NCBI GenBank assembly: GCA_046331705.1
Contig: JAXLQJ010000042.1
Coordinates: 1-64,000 of the forward strand
Direction of reading: 5' to 3'
Source: a bacterium
GTDB lineage: Bacteria; JADJOY01
DNA: 64,000 bases
Part shown: positions 36,213-46,267 of the stretch, piece by piece
Numbering within the stretch: position 1 is the first letter of the stretch
How the letters are laid out: each line of letters starts with the position of its first letter
Notes under the pieces: model-generated
The model's database searches: none
What the model was told of the DNA's origin: nothing
Seen by the model: the letters and a program-made list of their open reading frames with translations, nothing else
Made by a program: the position numbers and the translations under genes

Positions 36213-37850
36213 ATGAAACCTCCCGAAACTGCAATCCGTTCGGCGTCGTTGACGGCGCTGCTCGTCGTGCTCGCCGCGCTCACCGCTGCGCCGGTGGCCG
36301 CCCAGACGCCCTTCAGTCTCGACACCGTGGTGGAGCGCGCTCGCAAGCTCGCCGCGGAGCCCTATCGCGAAGCGAAGGGACAGGTGCCCGACTGGCTGCT
36401 CAAGATCAGCTACGACCAATGGCGCGACATCCGTTTCCGACCCGACGCCGCGCTGTGGGCGGATCGCCCCTCGCCGTTTCGCGGCCAGTTCTTCCACGCC
36501 GGACTCTTCTACAACAAGACCATCAAGATCAACGTCGTCGAAGGCAGCCTGGTGCGCCCGCTCGACTTCAACCCCAACCAATTCGATTACGGGCGGAACG
36601 AATTCTCGAGCCAGGTGCCGCAGGACCTGGGGTTCGCTGGCTTCCGGCTGCACTCCAACTTCAAGACCAAGGAGTATTTCGACGAGGTGATCGTGTTCCT
36701 GGGCGCGAGCTATTTCCGCGCCGTCGGTCGCGATCACGTCTTCGGCCTGTCGGCGCGCGGCCTCGCCATCGACACCGCCGAATCCCGCGGCGAAGAGTTC
36801 CCGCGCTTCACCGAGTTCTGGCTCGTCAGCCCCGTGCCGCGGCCTCGCCCCGCCGCCGAGCCCGCCAAGGAGCCTGCCAAGACCAAGGCCAAGGCGAAGG
36901 AGGCCAAGGTCGTCGAGCAGCCCCGCGCCAACTATCCCGCCGATCCCAACGAAGCCACGCTCTACGCGCTGCTCGATAGCCCCAGCGCCACCGGCGCGTA
37001 CCAGTTCAAGATCACCGCGGGGGTCGACACCGTGGTCAAGGTGGATTCACGCATCTTCCCGCGCACGGAGATCAAGAAGCTCGGCATCGCGCCGCTCACC
37101 TCGATGTTCTTCCACGGCGAGAACAGCGTCCGCCACTTCGACGACTTCCGGCCCGAGGTCCACGACTCCGACGGGCTGCAGATCGCGATGCGCAACGGCG
37201 AGTGGCTGTGGCGCCCACTCGACAACCCCAAGGAGCTGCGGGTGTCGAGCTTCCTGGCGGAGAACCCCGCGGGCTTCGGCCTCGTCCAGCGCGATCGCAA
37301 CTTCGATCACTTCCAGGATCTCGAGACCCACGCCGAGTCTCGCCCCAGCGTGTGGATCCAGCCCGAGGGGAATTGGGGCGCCGGACGCGTGGAGCTGGTC
37401 GAGATCCCGGTGTCCTCCGAGTTCAACGACAACATCGTCGCGTACTGGATCCCGTCGTGGCCGGCGAAGGCCGGCGGCATGCTGGCGCAGACCTACACGA
37501 TGCACTGGTTCACCGACGACCCCGCGTTCCGTCCCGAGGGCCGCGCCGTCGACACGTTCCGCGACTCCGCAGGCAAGGACGACGAGCGCCGCTTCGTGAT
37601 CGACTTCGAGGGCAAGCGCCTCTCCGAGATCCCCGCCGATCGAGTGCTGCACGGCACGGTGAGCGTGGCGGGCGGCAGCGAGATGGCCGACATCGTCGAG
37701 CAGCAGGTGATCAAGAACCCGCACACCGGCGGCTGGCGGCTCACCTTCAAGCTCGCGATCAAGAAGCGCGGGCCCATCGATCTGCGCGCTTTCATCGACG
37801 AGAAGGGCGAAGCCCTGACCGAGACCTGGACGTATTTGCTCGCATCGTGA
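36213..37850 (+). CDS. opgG: glucan biosynthesis protein OpgG/MdoG (GH186)
   Basis: Signal peptide, VFLGASYFRA, GLSARGLAIDT, EEFPRF, DDFRPEVHDSDGL, GFGLVQRDR, DNIVAYW and ETWTY. Confidence 0.93.
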   Translation: MKPPETAIRSASLTALLVVLAALTAAPVAAQTPFSLDTVVERARKLAAEPYREAKGQVPDWLLKISYDQWRDIRFRPDAALWADRPSPFRGQFFHAGLFYNKTIKINVVEGSLVRPLDFNPNQFDYGRNEFSSQVPQDLGFAGFRLHSNFKTKEYFDEVIVFLGASYFRAVGRDHVFGLSARGLAIDTAESRGEEFPRFTEFWLVSPVPRPRPAAEPAKEPAKTKAKAKEAKVVEQPRANYPADPNEATLYALLDSPSATGAYQFKITAGVDTVVKVDSRIFPRTEIKKLGIAPLTSMFFHGENSVRHFDDFRPEVHDSDGLQIAMRNGEWLWRPLDNPKELRVSSFLAENPAGFGLVQRDRNFDHFQDLETHAESRPSVWIQPEGNWGAGRVELVEIPVSSEFNDNIVAYWIPSWPAKAGGMLAQTYTMHWFTDDPAFRPEGRAVDTFRDSAGKDDERRFVIDFEGKRLSEIPADRVLHGTVSVAGGSEMADIVEQQVIKNPHTGGWRLTFKLAIKKRGPIDLRAFIDEKGEALTETWTYLLAS

Positions 37851-40552
37851 GCGCACCCGACCCCGCGACCCCGCCGAACGCCGCCAGCGCCCCGCCCGAG
37901 TCAGGCGCCGTTGGCTCCCGCGTGCTGTCGCTGCCGGAAGAACGCGTTCTTCAGGACTGGAAGGAAGCGCACGAGCGCTCGCTCGCGTATCTGACCGCGC
38001 TCGGCGTCGCGGAGCCCACGCGCGGTCGCCTCGCCACCGACGCGGTGGCGCGGGCGCTCGCCTTGCCGTGGGATCCGTCGAGCGACGCGGTGCGCGAGAC
38101 GCTGCGCGCGCTGCACGTGGTGGTCCGCGAGGCGTTTCCCACCGCGGAGGACGCCGCCGTCGAGTCCGCGGAGGACGCCTTCCTGGGGTGGCGTCTCGCG
38201 CATGCCGGCCGCGGCGCGCCGAGCGCCGACGAGCGCCCCCGCTCACCCGCCCCCACCGGCGAACCGCTGCGCTCGACGCCGCTGGTGTTCCGCCGTTCGA
38301 TGCGCTCCGACGAGACCCTGGAGCGCAGCATGCTGAAGCGCTGGTTCCAGCGCCTCGCGGGCCGGCGCACCGCCGACGCCGCCACCCATCGACGGCCGCT
38401 GCGCCAGGCGCGCAAGCAGCTCAAGTGGACGCCCGTCGCCCGGCGGCGTCGGCTGCTGCTGCTCTTGCTCATCCTGCTGCCCACGCTGGTGGCCAGCAAC
38501 TTCATGGCCGAGGTGCTGCCGTACAAGGGGCGGACCGGGCTCGAGCTGGCGATCGTGGTGTTCTTCGGCGCGCTCTTCGGCTGGATCTCGATCGGTTTCT
38601 GGACGGCGACACTCGGCTTTCTCACGCTGGTGCGGAAGCAAGACCGCTTCGCCATCACCCACATCGAGCCGGGTTCCACCGACGAGTCGGTGCACGGCCA
38701 GGCGGGGCGCCCACCGTGGCCCGACGAGGCGCTCGCCGCGCGCACCGTCGTGATCATGCCGATCTGCAACGAGCCGGTGGAGCGCGTGTTCAGCGGCCTC
38801 CGGGCCATCTACGACTCGCTCGCGCGCACCGGCCGCGAGCGCGAGTTCCATTTCTTCGTGCTCAGCGACACCGCCGATCCCACCCTCGCCGCGCACGAGG
38901 TCGAGGCGTGGTTCGAGTGGTGCCGCGCCGTCGACGGCTTCGGCCGCATCTTCTACAGGCGCCGCAAGGTCCGCATCGAGCGCAAGAGCGGCAACGTCGC
39001 CGACTTCCTGCGCCGCTGGGGAAGCCGCTACGAGTTCATGATCAGCCTCGACGCCGACAGCCTCATGGCCGGCGAGACGCTGGTGAAGCTGGTCGACCTG
39101 GCCGAGCGCCATCCGGACGCCGGCCTCATCCAGACGGTGCCCGCGGCGGTGAACCGCACCTCGCTGCTGGCGCGGGTGCAACAGTTCTCGAGCCACCTCT
39201 ACGGCCCGATGTTCGCCGCGGGACTGCACTACTGGCAGCTCGGGGACGGCCAGTACTGGGGCCACAACACGATCATCCGCGTGAAGCCGTTCATGGATCA
39301 CTGCGGCCTGCCGCGGCTGCCCGGGGCGGAGCCGCTCGGCGGCGAGATCCTGAGCCACGACTTCGTGGAGGCGGCGCTGCTCGGCCGCGCCGGCTGGACG
39401 CTCTGGCTCGCGTACGACCTGGGCGGCAGCTACGAGGAGGTGCCGAGCACGCTTCTCGAAGAGATGAAGCGCGATCGACGCTGGTGCCAGGGCAACCTCC
39501 AGCACTTGCGGCTGCTCTTCACCGAAGGGTTCTTCGGACCGCACCGGATGCTGTTCCTCAACGGCGCCCTCTCGTACGTCTCGGCGTTGCTCTGGTTCAC
39601 GTTCCTGGCGCTCAGCACCGTGGAGGCCGTGATCAACAAGATCCGGCCGCCCGAATACTTCCCGCACGGCCGCGGGCTCTTCCCCGAGTGGCCCGTGTGG
39701 CGGCCCGACTGGGCGCTGTCCCTCGCCGCCGTCACCGCCGTGATCCTCTTCCTGCCCAAGCTCCTGAGCATCCTGCTGGTGATCTTCAAGAAGCGCCAGC
39801 TCAAGCAATTCGGCGGCTTCTTCGGTCTCTCGGCGAGCGTCGTCACCGAGATCCTGATGTCGAGCCTGATGGCGCCCATCCGCATGGTCTTCCACAGCCG
39901 CTACGTGGTGCTGAACCTCCTCGGCCGCACGGTGGGCTGGAAGTCCGGCAGTCGCGACGAAGAGGACACCTCGTGGGGCGAGGCCTTCCGCCACCACTTC
40001 GGCGACACGCTCTTCGCGAGCGCGTGGGGCACAGGCCTCTACTGGCTCAATCCAGGCTACTTCTGGTGGGTCATGCCGATCATCGGGGCGCTCTTCGTCT
40101 CGATCCCGATGTCCGTGTGGACCAGCCGCACGACGCTCGGGCAGAAGGCGCGCCGGCTCAAGCTCTTCGTGATCCCGGAGGAGCACTCGCCGCCGCCCGA
40201 GATGGTCGATCTGCACCGCTACATCGCCGCCGCCGAGGCCGCGAAGGAGGCGCTGCCCGAGCTCGAGAAGGACGGCTTCGTGCGCGCCGTGGTGGACCCG
40301 TACATGAACGCGCTTCATCGCGCCGTCGCCGGGCGGCGCCGCCACGTGAAGCCTGCGGTGCGCGCGGCGCGGCGCCGGCTCATCGACCGCGCGCTGCGCG
40401 AGGGCCCTGGCGTCCTCTCGCCGCGCATGCGCCGCTACCTGATGCAAGATCCGGACGCGATCGACGAGCTCCACGAGCGCGTGTGGTCCCTGCCCGACCG
40501 CTTCGACGCGGCGCGCTGGGGCCGCCCTGGATCTCACCCCGGGCACGGCTGA
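37847..40552 (+). CDS. opgH: glucan biosynthesis glucosyltransferase OpgH/MdoH (GT2)
   Basis: GTGA overlap with opgG. PICNE, RKSGN, LDADS, YWGHN, SHDFVEA, RDRRWCQGN and multiple TMs. Confidence 0.95.
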   Translation: MSAPDPATPPNAASAPPESGAVGSRVLSLPEERVLQDWKEAHERSLAYLTALGVAEPTRGRLATDAVARALALPWDPSSDAVRETLRALHVVVREAFPTAEDAAVESAEDAFLGWRLAHAGRGAPSADERPRSPAPTGEPLRSTPLVFRRSMRSDETLERSMLKRWFQRLAGRRTADAATHRRPLRQARKQLKWTPVARRRRLLLLLLILLPTLVASNFMAEVLPYKGRTGLELAIVVFFGALFGWISIGFWTATLGFLTLVRKQDRFAITHIEPGSTDESVHGQAGRPPWPDEALAARTVVIMPICNEPVERVFSGLRAIYDSLARTGREREFHFFVLSDTADPTLAAHEVEAWFEWCRAVDGFGRIFYRRRKVRIERKSGNVADFLRRWGSRYEFMISLDADSLMAGETLVKLVDLAERHPDAGLIQTVPAAVNRTSLLARVQQFSSHLYGPMFAAGLHYWQLGDGQYWGHNTIIRVKPFMDHCGLPRLPGAEPLGGEILSHDFVEAALLGRAGWTLWLAYDLGGSYEEVPSTLLEEMKRDRRWCQGNLQHLRLLFTEGFFGPHRMLFLNGALSYVSALLWFTFLALSTVEAVINKIRPPEYFPHGRGLFPEWPVWRPDWALSLAAVTAVILFLPKLLSILLVIFKKRQLKQFGGFFGLSASVVTEILMSSLMAPIRMVFHSRYVVLNLLGRTVGWKSGSRDEEDTSWGEAFRHHFGDTLFASAWGTGLYWLNPGYFWWVMPIIGALFVSIPMSVWTSRTTLGQKARRLKLFVIPEEHSPPPEMVDLHRYIAAAEAAKEALPELEKDGFVRAVVDPYMNALHRAVAGRRRHVKPAVRAARRRLIDRALREGPGVLSPRMRRYLMQDPDAIDELHERVWSLPDRFDAARWGRPGSHPGHG

Positions 40553-40634
40553 GGCCGCAGCGCCCGCGGCGACGCGCGCGACGCACCGCCACCCCACGCG
40601 GCGCGGCCATCATGCTCGCCGCGCGCTCCCCCGA

Positions 40635-41225
40635 TCAGTTCCGCGAAGGAGCGGCGGGGCTCGAGTCGTCCGCGGTCTGGAAGAACTGCTGTAGCCGACG
40701 AAGCTGGTCGTGCTCGTCGACACGCGGCGCAAGGGTGTGGGCGACCTCGGCGTCGCGCGCGCCTGCCTTGCGCAGCAGATAAACCGGCTTCGGCGGTGGC
40801 GCAGGCTCGGGCGCGGCGTTCATCGCATCCCCAGCCGGGCCGGCTTCGACGCTGGTCAGACGTCCCCGGCGCGGCGCGCGACGGTGGTCGCCGGGGACGC
40901 GGGGGCGTCGACCACGGCGAACGATCGGCGGCGACGCCTCCTGCGTAGCCGCGTCCCCCTCGCCGTGAGCATCCTCGTCGGCGCGGTCACTCGTGACCGC
41001 CGCACCACCCGGAGACGGAGCGCGTTCGCTGGCGTCGGGCAAGAGCCCAGCGAGGCGGCCGGCGAGTGCCGCCGCCGTGTCGACATGACGTCGCAGATCG
41101 TGATCGACGAGCGTGAGCAGCGGCCGCTCGTCACCGGCGCTCGCCAGCTCGTCGAGGTGAAGCTGAAGCCGTCGCAGCTCGTCGTCGATGGTGTGAACGA
41201 GCTCGATCTCACGCGCGAAATTCAT
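40635..41225 (-). CDS. hypothetical protein
   Basis: Helical N- and C-termini around a low-complexity middle. ATG with a GGGG-like SD. Confidence 0.5.
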   Translation of the reverse strand: MNFAREIELVHTIDDELRRLQLHLDELASAGDERPLLTLVDHDLRRHVDTAAALAGRLAGLLPDASERAPSPGGAAVTSDRADEDAHGEGDAATQEASPPIVRRGRRPRVPGDHRRAPRRGRLTSVEAGPAGDAMNAAPEPAPPPKPVYLLRKAGARDAEVAHTLAPRVDEHDQLRRLQQFFQTADDSSPAAPSRN

Positions 41226-41336
41226 ACTGGAATCGTCCCCCTGTGGGTCTGGGTATGATTGCTCGACGGGTGGATTAGCAATACGGCTTTCCCCGCGACT
41301 TGCAGGACTCGAGCCGCCGCGCCACGGAGGACCACG

Positions 41337-41591
41337 ATGGATGCCGAGCTTCGAGCCACGCTCTCGTCGGCGATCCACGCGGCACTCCGCGGCGACTGGC
41401 AAGCCGCTCACGTGGTGGCGCAAGCGCACGAAGACGAGCCACTCGCCAACGGACTCCATGCCGTGGTGCATCGTCTGGAAGGCGACGTGGGCAACGCGAG
41501 CTATTGGTTTCGCCGCTGCGGGCGCTCGTTGCGCCCCGGGATCACGCCGCAGGCCGAGCTCGCGGAGATCGAGCGCGCGCTGGCGGCCTGA
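41337..41591 (+). CDS. small conserved hypothetical protein
   Basis: GGAGG SD. GDW.AAH..AQ and H..LH...HR.EGD..NA.YW..R motif. Confidence 0.8.
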   Translation: MDAELRATLSSAIHAALRGDWQAAHVVAQAHEDEPLANGLHAVVHRLEGDVGNASYWFRRCGRSLRPGITPQAELAEIERALAA

Positions 41592-41835
41592 CGCCGCACG
41601 CGGCCCTCACGCCCGCGCCGGGATGCGCTGGGGCCCAGCCGGCGTGCCGAGGCCATTTCGGCGCACCTCGGCAACGAACGTTGCCAGGTCGCAACCCAGG
41701 TTTCCACGGCGCGGGGACCGGCCCGTCGCGAAGCCGCGCTCAGCCTCGAGTTGCACGGCTCGCTCGTGCATGGTGGGCGCGGCACCCGATTTGCGACGCG
41801 CGGAGATCGTCGCGGCGACGCCATCCGAGGGAACC

Positions 41836-43083
41836 ATGCGCACTCGACCTGCACCGGATGCGCTGCGACGCGGCCTGGTGCTCGCTGCGATCTCGGCCTG
41901 CACGCTCGGCGACACCTGCGTGGTCGAGTCGTTTCAGGTGATCTTCGAGCGCTTCGGCGAAGGCACCGCCGCGCGCGCGACTCCGGATGGCGGCTACATC
42001 CTGGCGGGACATTCCACCGATCCCGCGAGCGGCATCACCGATGCCCACCTCGTGAAGACCGACGCGGCGGGATGGATCGAATGGGAGCACACCTGGGGCG
42101 GCGACGACGCGGACTCGTTCGGTGACGTCGCCGTGCTGCCCGATGGCAGCTACCTCGCCGCCGGCGTGCGCGACTTCGGCGCGCCCGCCGGTTCGACCGC
42201 GTACCTGGTCGCTGTCGAACCGGACGGCCGAACGCGATGGGAGCGAAGCATCGAGGGGAGCGCGGGGGCGTGGATCGAAGCCGTCGCGCCGGTGGCGAAC
42301 GGCGGTTGCCTGGTCGCGGGAGGCCGCGTTGGGTCCGGTGGCGGTGATGCGTACGTCGCCAAGCTCGACGCCGAGGGCACGCTCGAATGGCAGCACACCC
42401 TCGGCGGGAGCGCGTACGACGCGCTGTGGTCCGCAGCGCAGACCTCCGACCTCGGGTACGTCGTTGCCGGCGAGTCCGGCTCCCTGGGAAACGGCCGCCG
42501 CGACGCCTGGCTGATCAAGCTCGATGCCTCCGGTGCGATCACGTGGCAGCGTTCGTTCGGCGGCACCGACGACGACGCTGCGCGATCGGCTCGACCAACC
42601 TCCGACGGCGGGTTCGTCATCGCCGGCTACACGTACAGCTCGAGCTCTCCGAGCTTCGGCGGCCTCGCCTACCTGGTGAAGACCGATGCAGCCGGCAACG
42701 CCGAGTGGCAGCAGACCTACCCTGCCTCGGCGTCCCCTGGACTCGGCTCCGGCATCACCTCGATCCTCCCGCTCGCGGATGGCGATTACCTGCTCGCCGG
42801 CTACACCAATCTGCTCTCCGTGCCGCACATGGGTGTAGTGGCCGACGGGTGGCTCGCGCGCTTGGACGCGCACGGCGGCACGCGCTGGCAGCGGGTGTTC
42901 CCGGTTGCCTCGGACCATCCAGGGCCCGTCGGCTTCGAATCGGTCGACGCGTCGCCGCTCGGCGGCTTCGTCCTGGCTGGGTCCCAGCTCGACGTTCCGT
43001 ACCCGCATCCGACGCTCACGAAGACCGACGAATCGGGTCGCGTAGCAGCCATCGACGGTGATTCGACCGGCGCGCGCCACTGA
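41836..43083 (+). CDS. exported beta-propeller repeat lipoprotein
   Basis: Repeated DGGY/F.I.AG ... D.WL.K.DA.G...W....GG blades. ISAC lipobox-like signal. GAGGG SD. Confidence 0.8.
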   Translation: MRTRPAPDALRRGLVLAAISACTLGDTCVVESFQVIFERFGEGTAARATPDGGYILAGHSTDPASGITDAHLVKTDAAGWIEWEHTWGGDDADSFGDVAVLPDGSYLAAGVRDFGAPAGSTAYLVAVEPDGRTRWERSIEGSAGAWIEAVAPVANGGCLVAGGRVGSGGGDAYVAKLDAEGTLEWQHTLGGSAYDALWSAAQTSDLGYVVAGESGSLGNGRRDAWLIKLDASGAITWQRSFGGTDDDAARSARPTSDGGFVIAGYTYSSSSPSFGGLAYLVKTDAAGNAEWQQTYPASASPGLGSGITSILPLADGDYLLAGYTNLLSVPHMGVVADGWLARLDAHGGTRWQRVFPVASDHPGPVGFESVDASPLGGFVLAGSQLDVPYPHPTLTKTDESGRVAAIDGDSTGARH

Positions 43084-43141
43084 CCGCGAAGCTCGGCCGC
43101 ACCGTGCACGCTCGCCCGAGGAACTCGCTACATTGCCGAGC

Positions 43142-44530
43142 ATGCGCGCGCGCGGGCGAGTCACGCGGGTCTCGAGCACGCCTTCGCGTCCCGCTCCCTC
43201 GTCCCCGTGCAGGCGAGCCGCCCGCGACCCCGATCGCTCGTGCGTGGCGGCCTGGCTGATGCTGGCGGCGATCGTCGCGATCACGGCGACGGGCTGCGAA
43301 TCGCGCGGCGCCGACGAGCTGGTGGTGTGGGCCATGGGGAGCGAGGGCGAGGCGGTCTCGCGGCTGTTGCCCGCGTTCGAGCGCGAGCACCCGGACGTCC
43401 GCGTCCGGGTGCAGGCGATTCCGTGGAGCGCCGCGCACGAGAAGCTGCTCACCGCCTTCGTGGGCGAGTCGCTTCCCGACGTGTTCCAGGCGGGCAACAC
43501 CTGGCTGCCGGAGCTCCGGGAGCTGGGCGCGATCGAGCCTCTCGACGCGCGCCTCGACGCGAGCAGCTCGCTCGCGCGCGCCGATTTCTTCCCGGGGGTG
43601 CTCGACACCAACGTGATCGACGGCCAGACGTGGGGCATCCCCTGGTACGTCGACACGCGCCTGCTCTTCTATCGAAGCGATCTGCTCGCGGAGGCGGGAG
43701 TGCACGAGCCGCCCCCCACCTGGGACGCGTGGCTCGCGGCGATGGAGGCCGTGCAAGCGCAGGCCCGCGCTCGCGACGGGCACGCGGTGCTGCTGCCGCC
43801 GCGCGAGTGGCAGGTTCCGGTGATCCTGGCGCTCGGTCGCGGCGCCGCGTTGCTGCGCGACGACGACCAGCACGGCAACTTCCAGAGCGAAGCGGTGCGC
43901 GCGGCGTTCGCGGCCTATCTCGATCTCTTCCGGCGCGGTCTGGCGCCGCGCGACGCCGCGACCGCGTCGGGAAACGTCTATCAAGACTTCGGCCGCGGCG
44001 CCTTCGTCTTCTACGTCACGGGGCCGTGGAATCTGGGCGAGATGGAGCGACGACTGCCGACCTCGCTCGCCGGTGCGTGGAGCACGGCGCCGATCCCGGC
44101 CACCCGCCCCGGCACGGCGGGCGTGTCGCTCGCCGGGGGTGCGAGCCTGGTGCTCGCGGCGTCGAGCTCCCGCAAGCAGGAAGCGTGGAAGCTCATCGAG
44201 TTCCTCGCGGCGCCCGAGCAACAGGCGGCGCTCGAACGCGCCACCGGCGACTTGCCCGCCGGCCGCTCGGCCTGGCACTCGCTCGGTCTCGCGGAGGCGC
44301 CACGGACGCGGGCGTTCTTCGCGCAGTTGCAATCCGTCCAGGCGACGCCGAAGATTCCCGAGTGGGAGCAGATCGCGAACCAGATCGCTCGCCACGCCGA
44401 AGCCATGATCCGCGAGGACGAGACGCTCGACCAGGGACTCGCGGCGCTGGACCGCGAGGTCGATCGCATTCTCGCGAAGCGCCGCTGGCTCGTCGCGCGC
44501 TCCCACGCTCCCGCGCCGCATGTCGACTGA
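43142..44530 (+). CDS. sugar ABC transporter substrate-binding lipoprotein
   Basis: TGC lipobox, WAMGSEGE, Q.IPWSAAHEKLLTAF, GIPWYVDTRLLFYR and TPK.PEWE. TACATT -10 is 7 nt before ATG 43142; alternative start 43259. Confidence 0.9.
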   Translation: MRARGRVTRVSSTPSRPAPSSPCRRAARDPDRSCVAAWLMLAAIVAITATGCESRGADELVVWAMGSEGEAVSRLLPAFEREHPDVRVRVQAIPWSAAHEKLLTAFVGESLPDVFQAGNTWLPELRELGAIEPLDARLDASSSLARADFFPGVLDTNVIDGQTWGIPWYVDTRLLFYRSDLLAEAGVHEPPPTWDAWLAAMEAVQAQARARDGHAVLLPPREWQVPVILALGRGAALLRDDDQHGNFQSEAVRAAFAAYLDLFRRGLAPRDAATASGNVYQDFGRGAFVFYVTGPWNLGEMERRLPTSLAGAWSTAPIPATRPGTAGVSLAGGASLVLAASSSRKQEAWKLIEFLAAPEQQAALERATGDLPAGRSAWHSLGLAEAPRTRAFFAQLQSVQATPKIPEWEQIANQIARHAEAMIREDETLDQGLAALDREVDRILAKRRWLVARSHAPAPHVD

Positions 44531-45449
44531 TCGCTCGGCAGCCGCTTGGGGTTTGGTGACGCCGGCGCTGGCGGCGATCGCCATCTTCTTCGCGCTCCCG
44601 GTGCTCGCGGCGCTGGCGCTCAGCTTCACCGACTTCGATCTCTACGCGCTCGCGGATCTGCACCGGCTGCGCTTCGTCGGCCTCGCGAACTACGCGCGAC
44701 TCGTCCAGGACGAGCGGTTCTGGATCGCGCTGCGCAACACCTCGTATTTCGTGTTCGTGGGCGGGCCGCTCTCGATCGCGATCTCGCTGCTCGCCGCGCT
44801 GGCGCTCGACGCACGCGCGGCGCGCTGGCAGCCCTTCTTCCGCACGGTCTTCCTGCTGCCGGTGGTCACCACGCTGATCGCCGTCGCGGTGGTGTGGCGC
44901 TACCTCTATCACCCGCGGGTCGGGCTCCTGAACCACGTGCTCGCGTGGTTCGGCGTCGCGCCCATCGATTGGCTCGGCGACCCGCGCTGGGCGATGCCGG
45001 CGATCATCGTGCTCGCGGTGTGGAAGAACTTCGGCTTCAACACGCTCATCTTCCTCGCGGGTCTGCAGACGATTCCGCGCACGCTCTACGAAGCCGCCGA
45101 GCTCGACGGCGCCAACGCGTGGCAGCAGCTGCGCCGCGTGACCGTGCCCATGCTCGCGCCGACCTTCCTGCTCATCGGCGTGCTCACGCTCGCCGGCTAC
45201 TTCCAGCTCTTCGCGGAGCCCTACGTGATGACGTCCGGCGGACCGGGATCGAGCACCTTGAGCGTGGTGTTGCTCATGTACGAGCAAGGCTTCCGCTGGT
45301 GGAACCTGGGCTACGCCGCGGCCGTGGCCTTCGTGCTCTTCGCGATCATCCTGACCTTCACCGCGCTCGAGCTCGCTTTGCGGCGCCGCGCCGACGTCAC
45401 CGCGCCCATCGCGCCCACCGCGTCCGTGCCGGCCCGGACGACCCCATGA
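44520..45449 (+). CDS. sugar ABC transporter permease (MalF/UgpA type)
   Basis: FVGL.NY, EAA loop LYEAAELDGA and six TMs. Confidence 0.93.
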   Translation: MSTDRSAAAWGLVTPALAAIAIFFALPVLAALALSFTDFDLYALADLHRLRFVGLANYARLVQDERFWIALRNTSYFVFVGGPLSIAISLLAALALDARAARWQPFFRTVFLLPVVTTLIAVAVVWRYLYHPRVGLLNHVLAWFGVAPIDWLGDPRWAMPAIIVLAVWKNFGFNTLIFLAGLQTIPRTLYEAAELDGANAWQQLRRVTVPMLAPTFLLIGVLTLAGYFQLFAEPYVMTSGGPGSSTLSVVLLMYEQGFRWWNLGYAAAVAFVLFAIILTFTALELALRRRADVTAPIAPTASVPARTTP

Positions 45450-46267
45450 AGCGCCCGCTCGCCGTGCTCGCCGTCAACGGCGCGCTCGTCGCCATCGCGA
45501 CGCTCACGTTGGTGCCATTTCTCTGGATGGTGAGCGCCTCGCTGATGCCCACCGGCGAGGCGAGCCAGATCCCGCCGCGCTTCCTGCCCAGCCAGGTCAC
45601 GTTCGAGCACTACCGGCTGCTGCTCACGCGCCTCGACCTGGGGCGCCACCTCGGGGTGAGCCTGGTGCTGGCGAGCGCGATCACGGCGCTCGGGCTCGCG
45701 TTCAACTCGATGGCCGGCTACGCGTTCGGCAAGCTCCCGTTCGCCGGCCGCGAGCGCATCTTCCAGGTGCTGCTGGCAGCCCTGGTGATCCCCGCGCAGG
45801 TCGCGATGCTACCGCTCTTCCTGCTGCTCAAGGCGCTCGGCCTGGTCAACACGCTGGCGGGAGTCGTCGTTCCTGGACTGGCCAGCGTCTTCGGCATCTT
45901 CCTCGTCCGTCAGCACGCCCAGGGCATTCCGGACAGCATCCTCGACGCGGCGCGCGTGGACGGCGCAGGCGAGATCCGGATCTTCCGCTCCATCGCGCTT
46001 CGGCTGCTGACTCCCATCCTCGTGACGCTGGCCCTGTTCTCGTTCATGGGTGCCTGGAACGACTTCCTCTGGCCGCTGGTGGTGCTCACCGACGACCGCC
46101 TCTACACCTTGCCGGTGGCGCTCGCCAATCTGGTGGGTGAGCACGTGCAGGACACGGAGCTCGTGATGGCGGGCGCCGTGGTGACGGTGCTGCCGGTGGT
46201 GCTTCTCTTCGTTGCGCTGCAGCGCTACTACGTGGCGGGGCTGATGGCGGGAGGGGTGAAGGGTTGA
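45446..46267 (+). CDS. sugar ABC transporter permease (MalG/UgpE type)
   Basis: ATGA overlap. IPDSILDAARVDGA, WNDFLWPL and GGVKG terminus. Confidence 0.93.
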   Translation: MKRPLAVLAVNGALVAIATLTLVPFLWMVSASLMPTGEASQIPPRFLPSQVTFEHYRLLLTRLDLGRHLGVSLVLASAITALGLAFNSMAGYAFGKLPFAGRERIFQVLLAALVIPAQVAMLPLFLLLKALGLVNTLAGVVVPGLASVFGIFLVRQHAQGIPDSILDAARVDGAGEIRIFRSIALRLLTPILVTLALFSFMGAWNDFLWPLVVLTDDRLYTLPVALANLVGEHVQDTELVMAGAVVTVLPVVLLFVALQRYYVAGLMAGGVKG

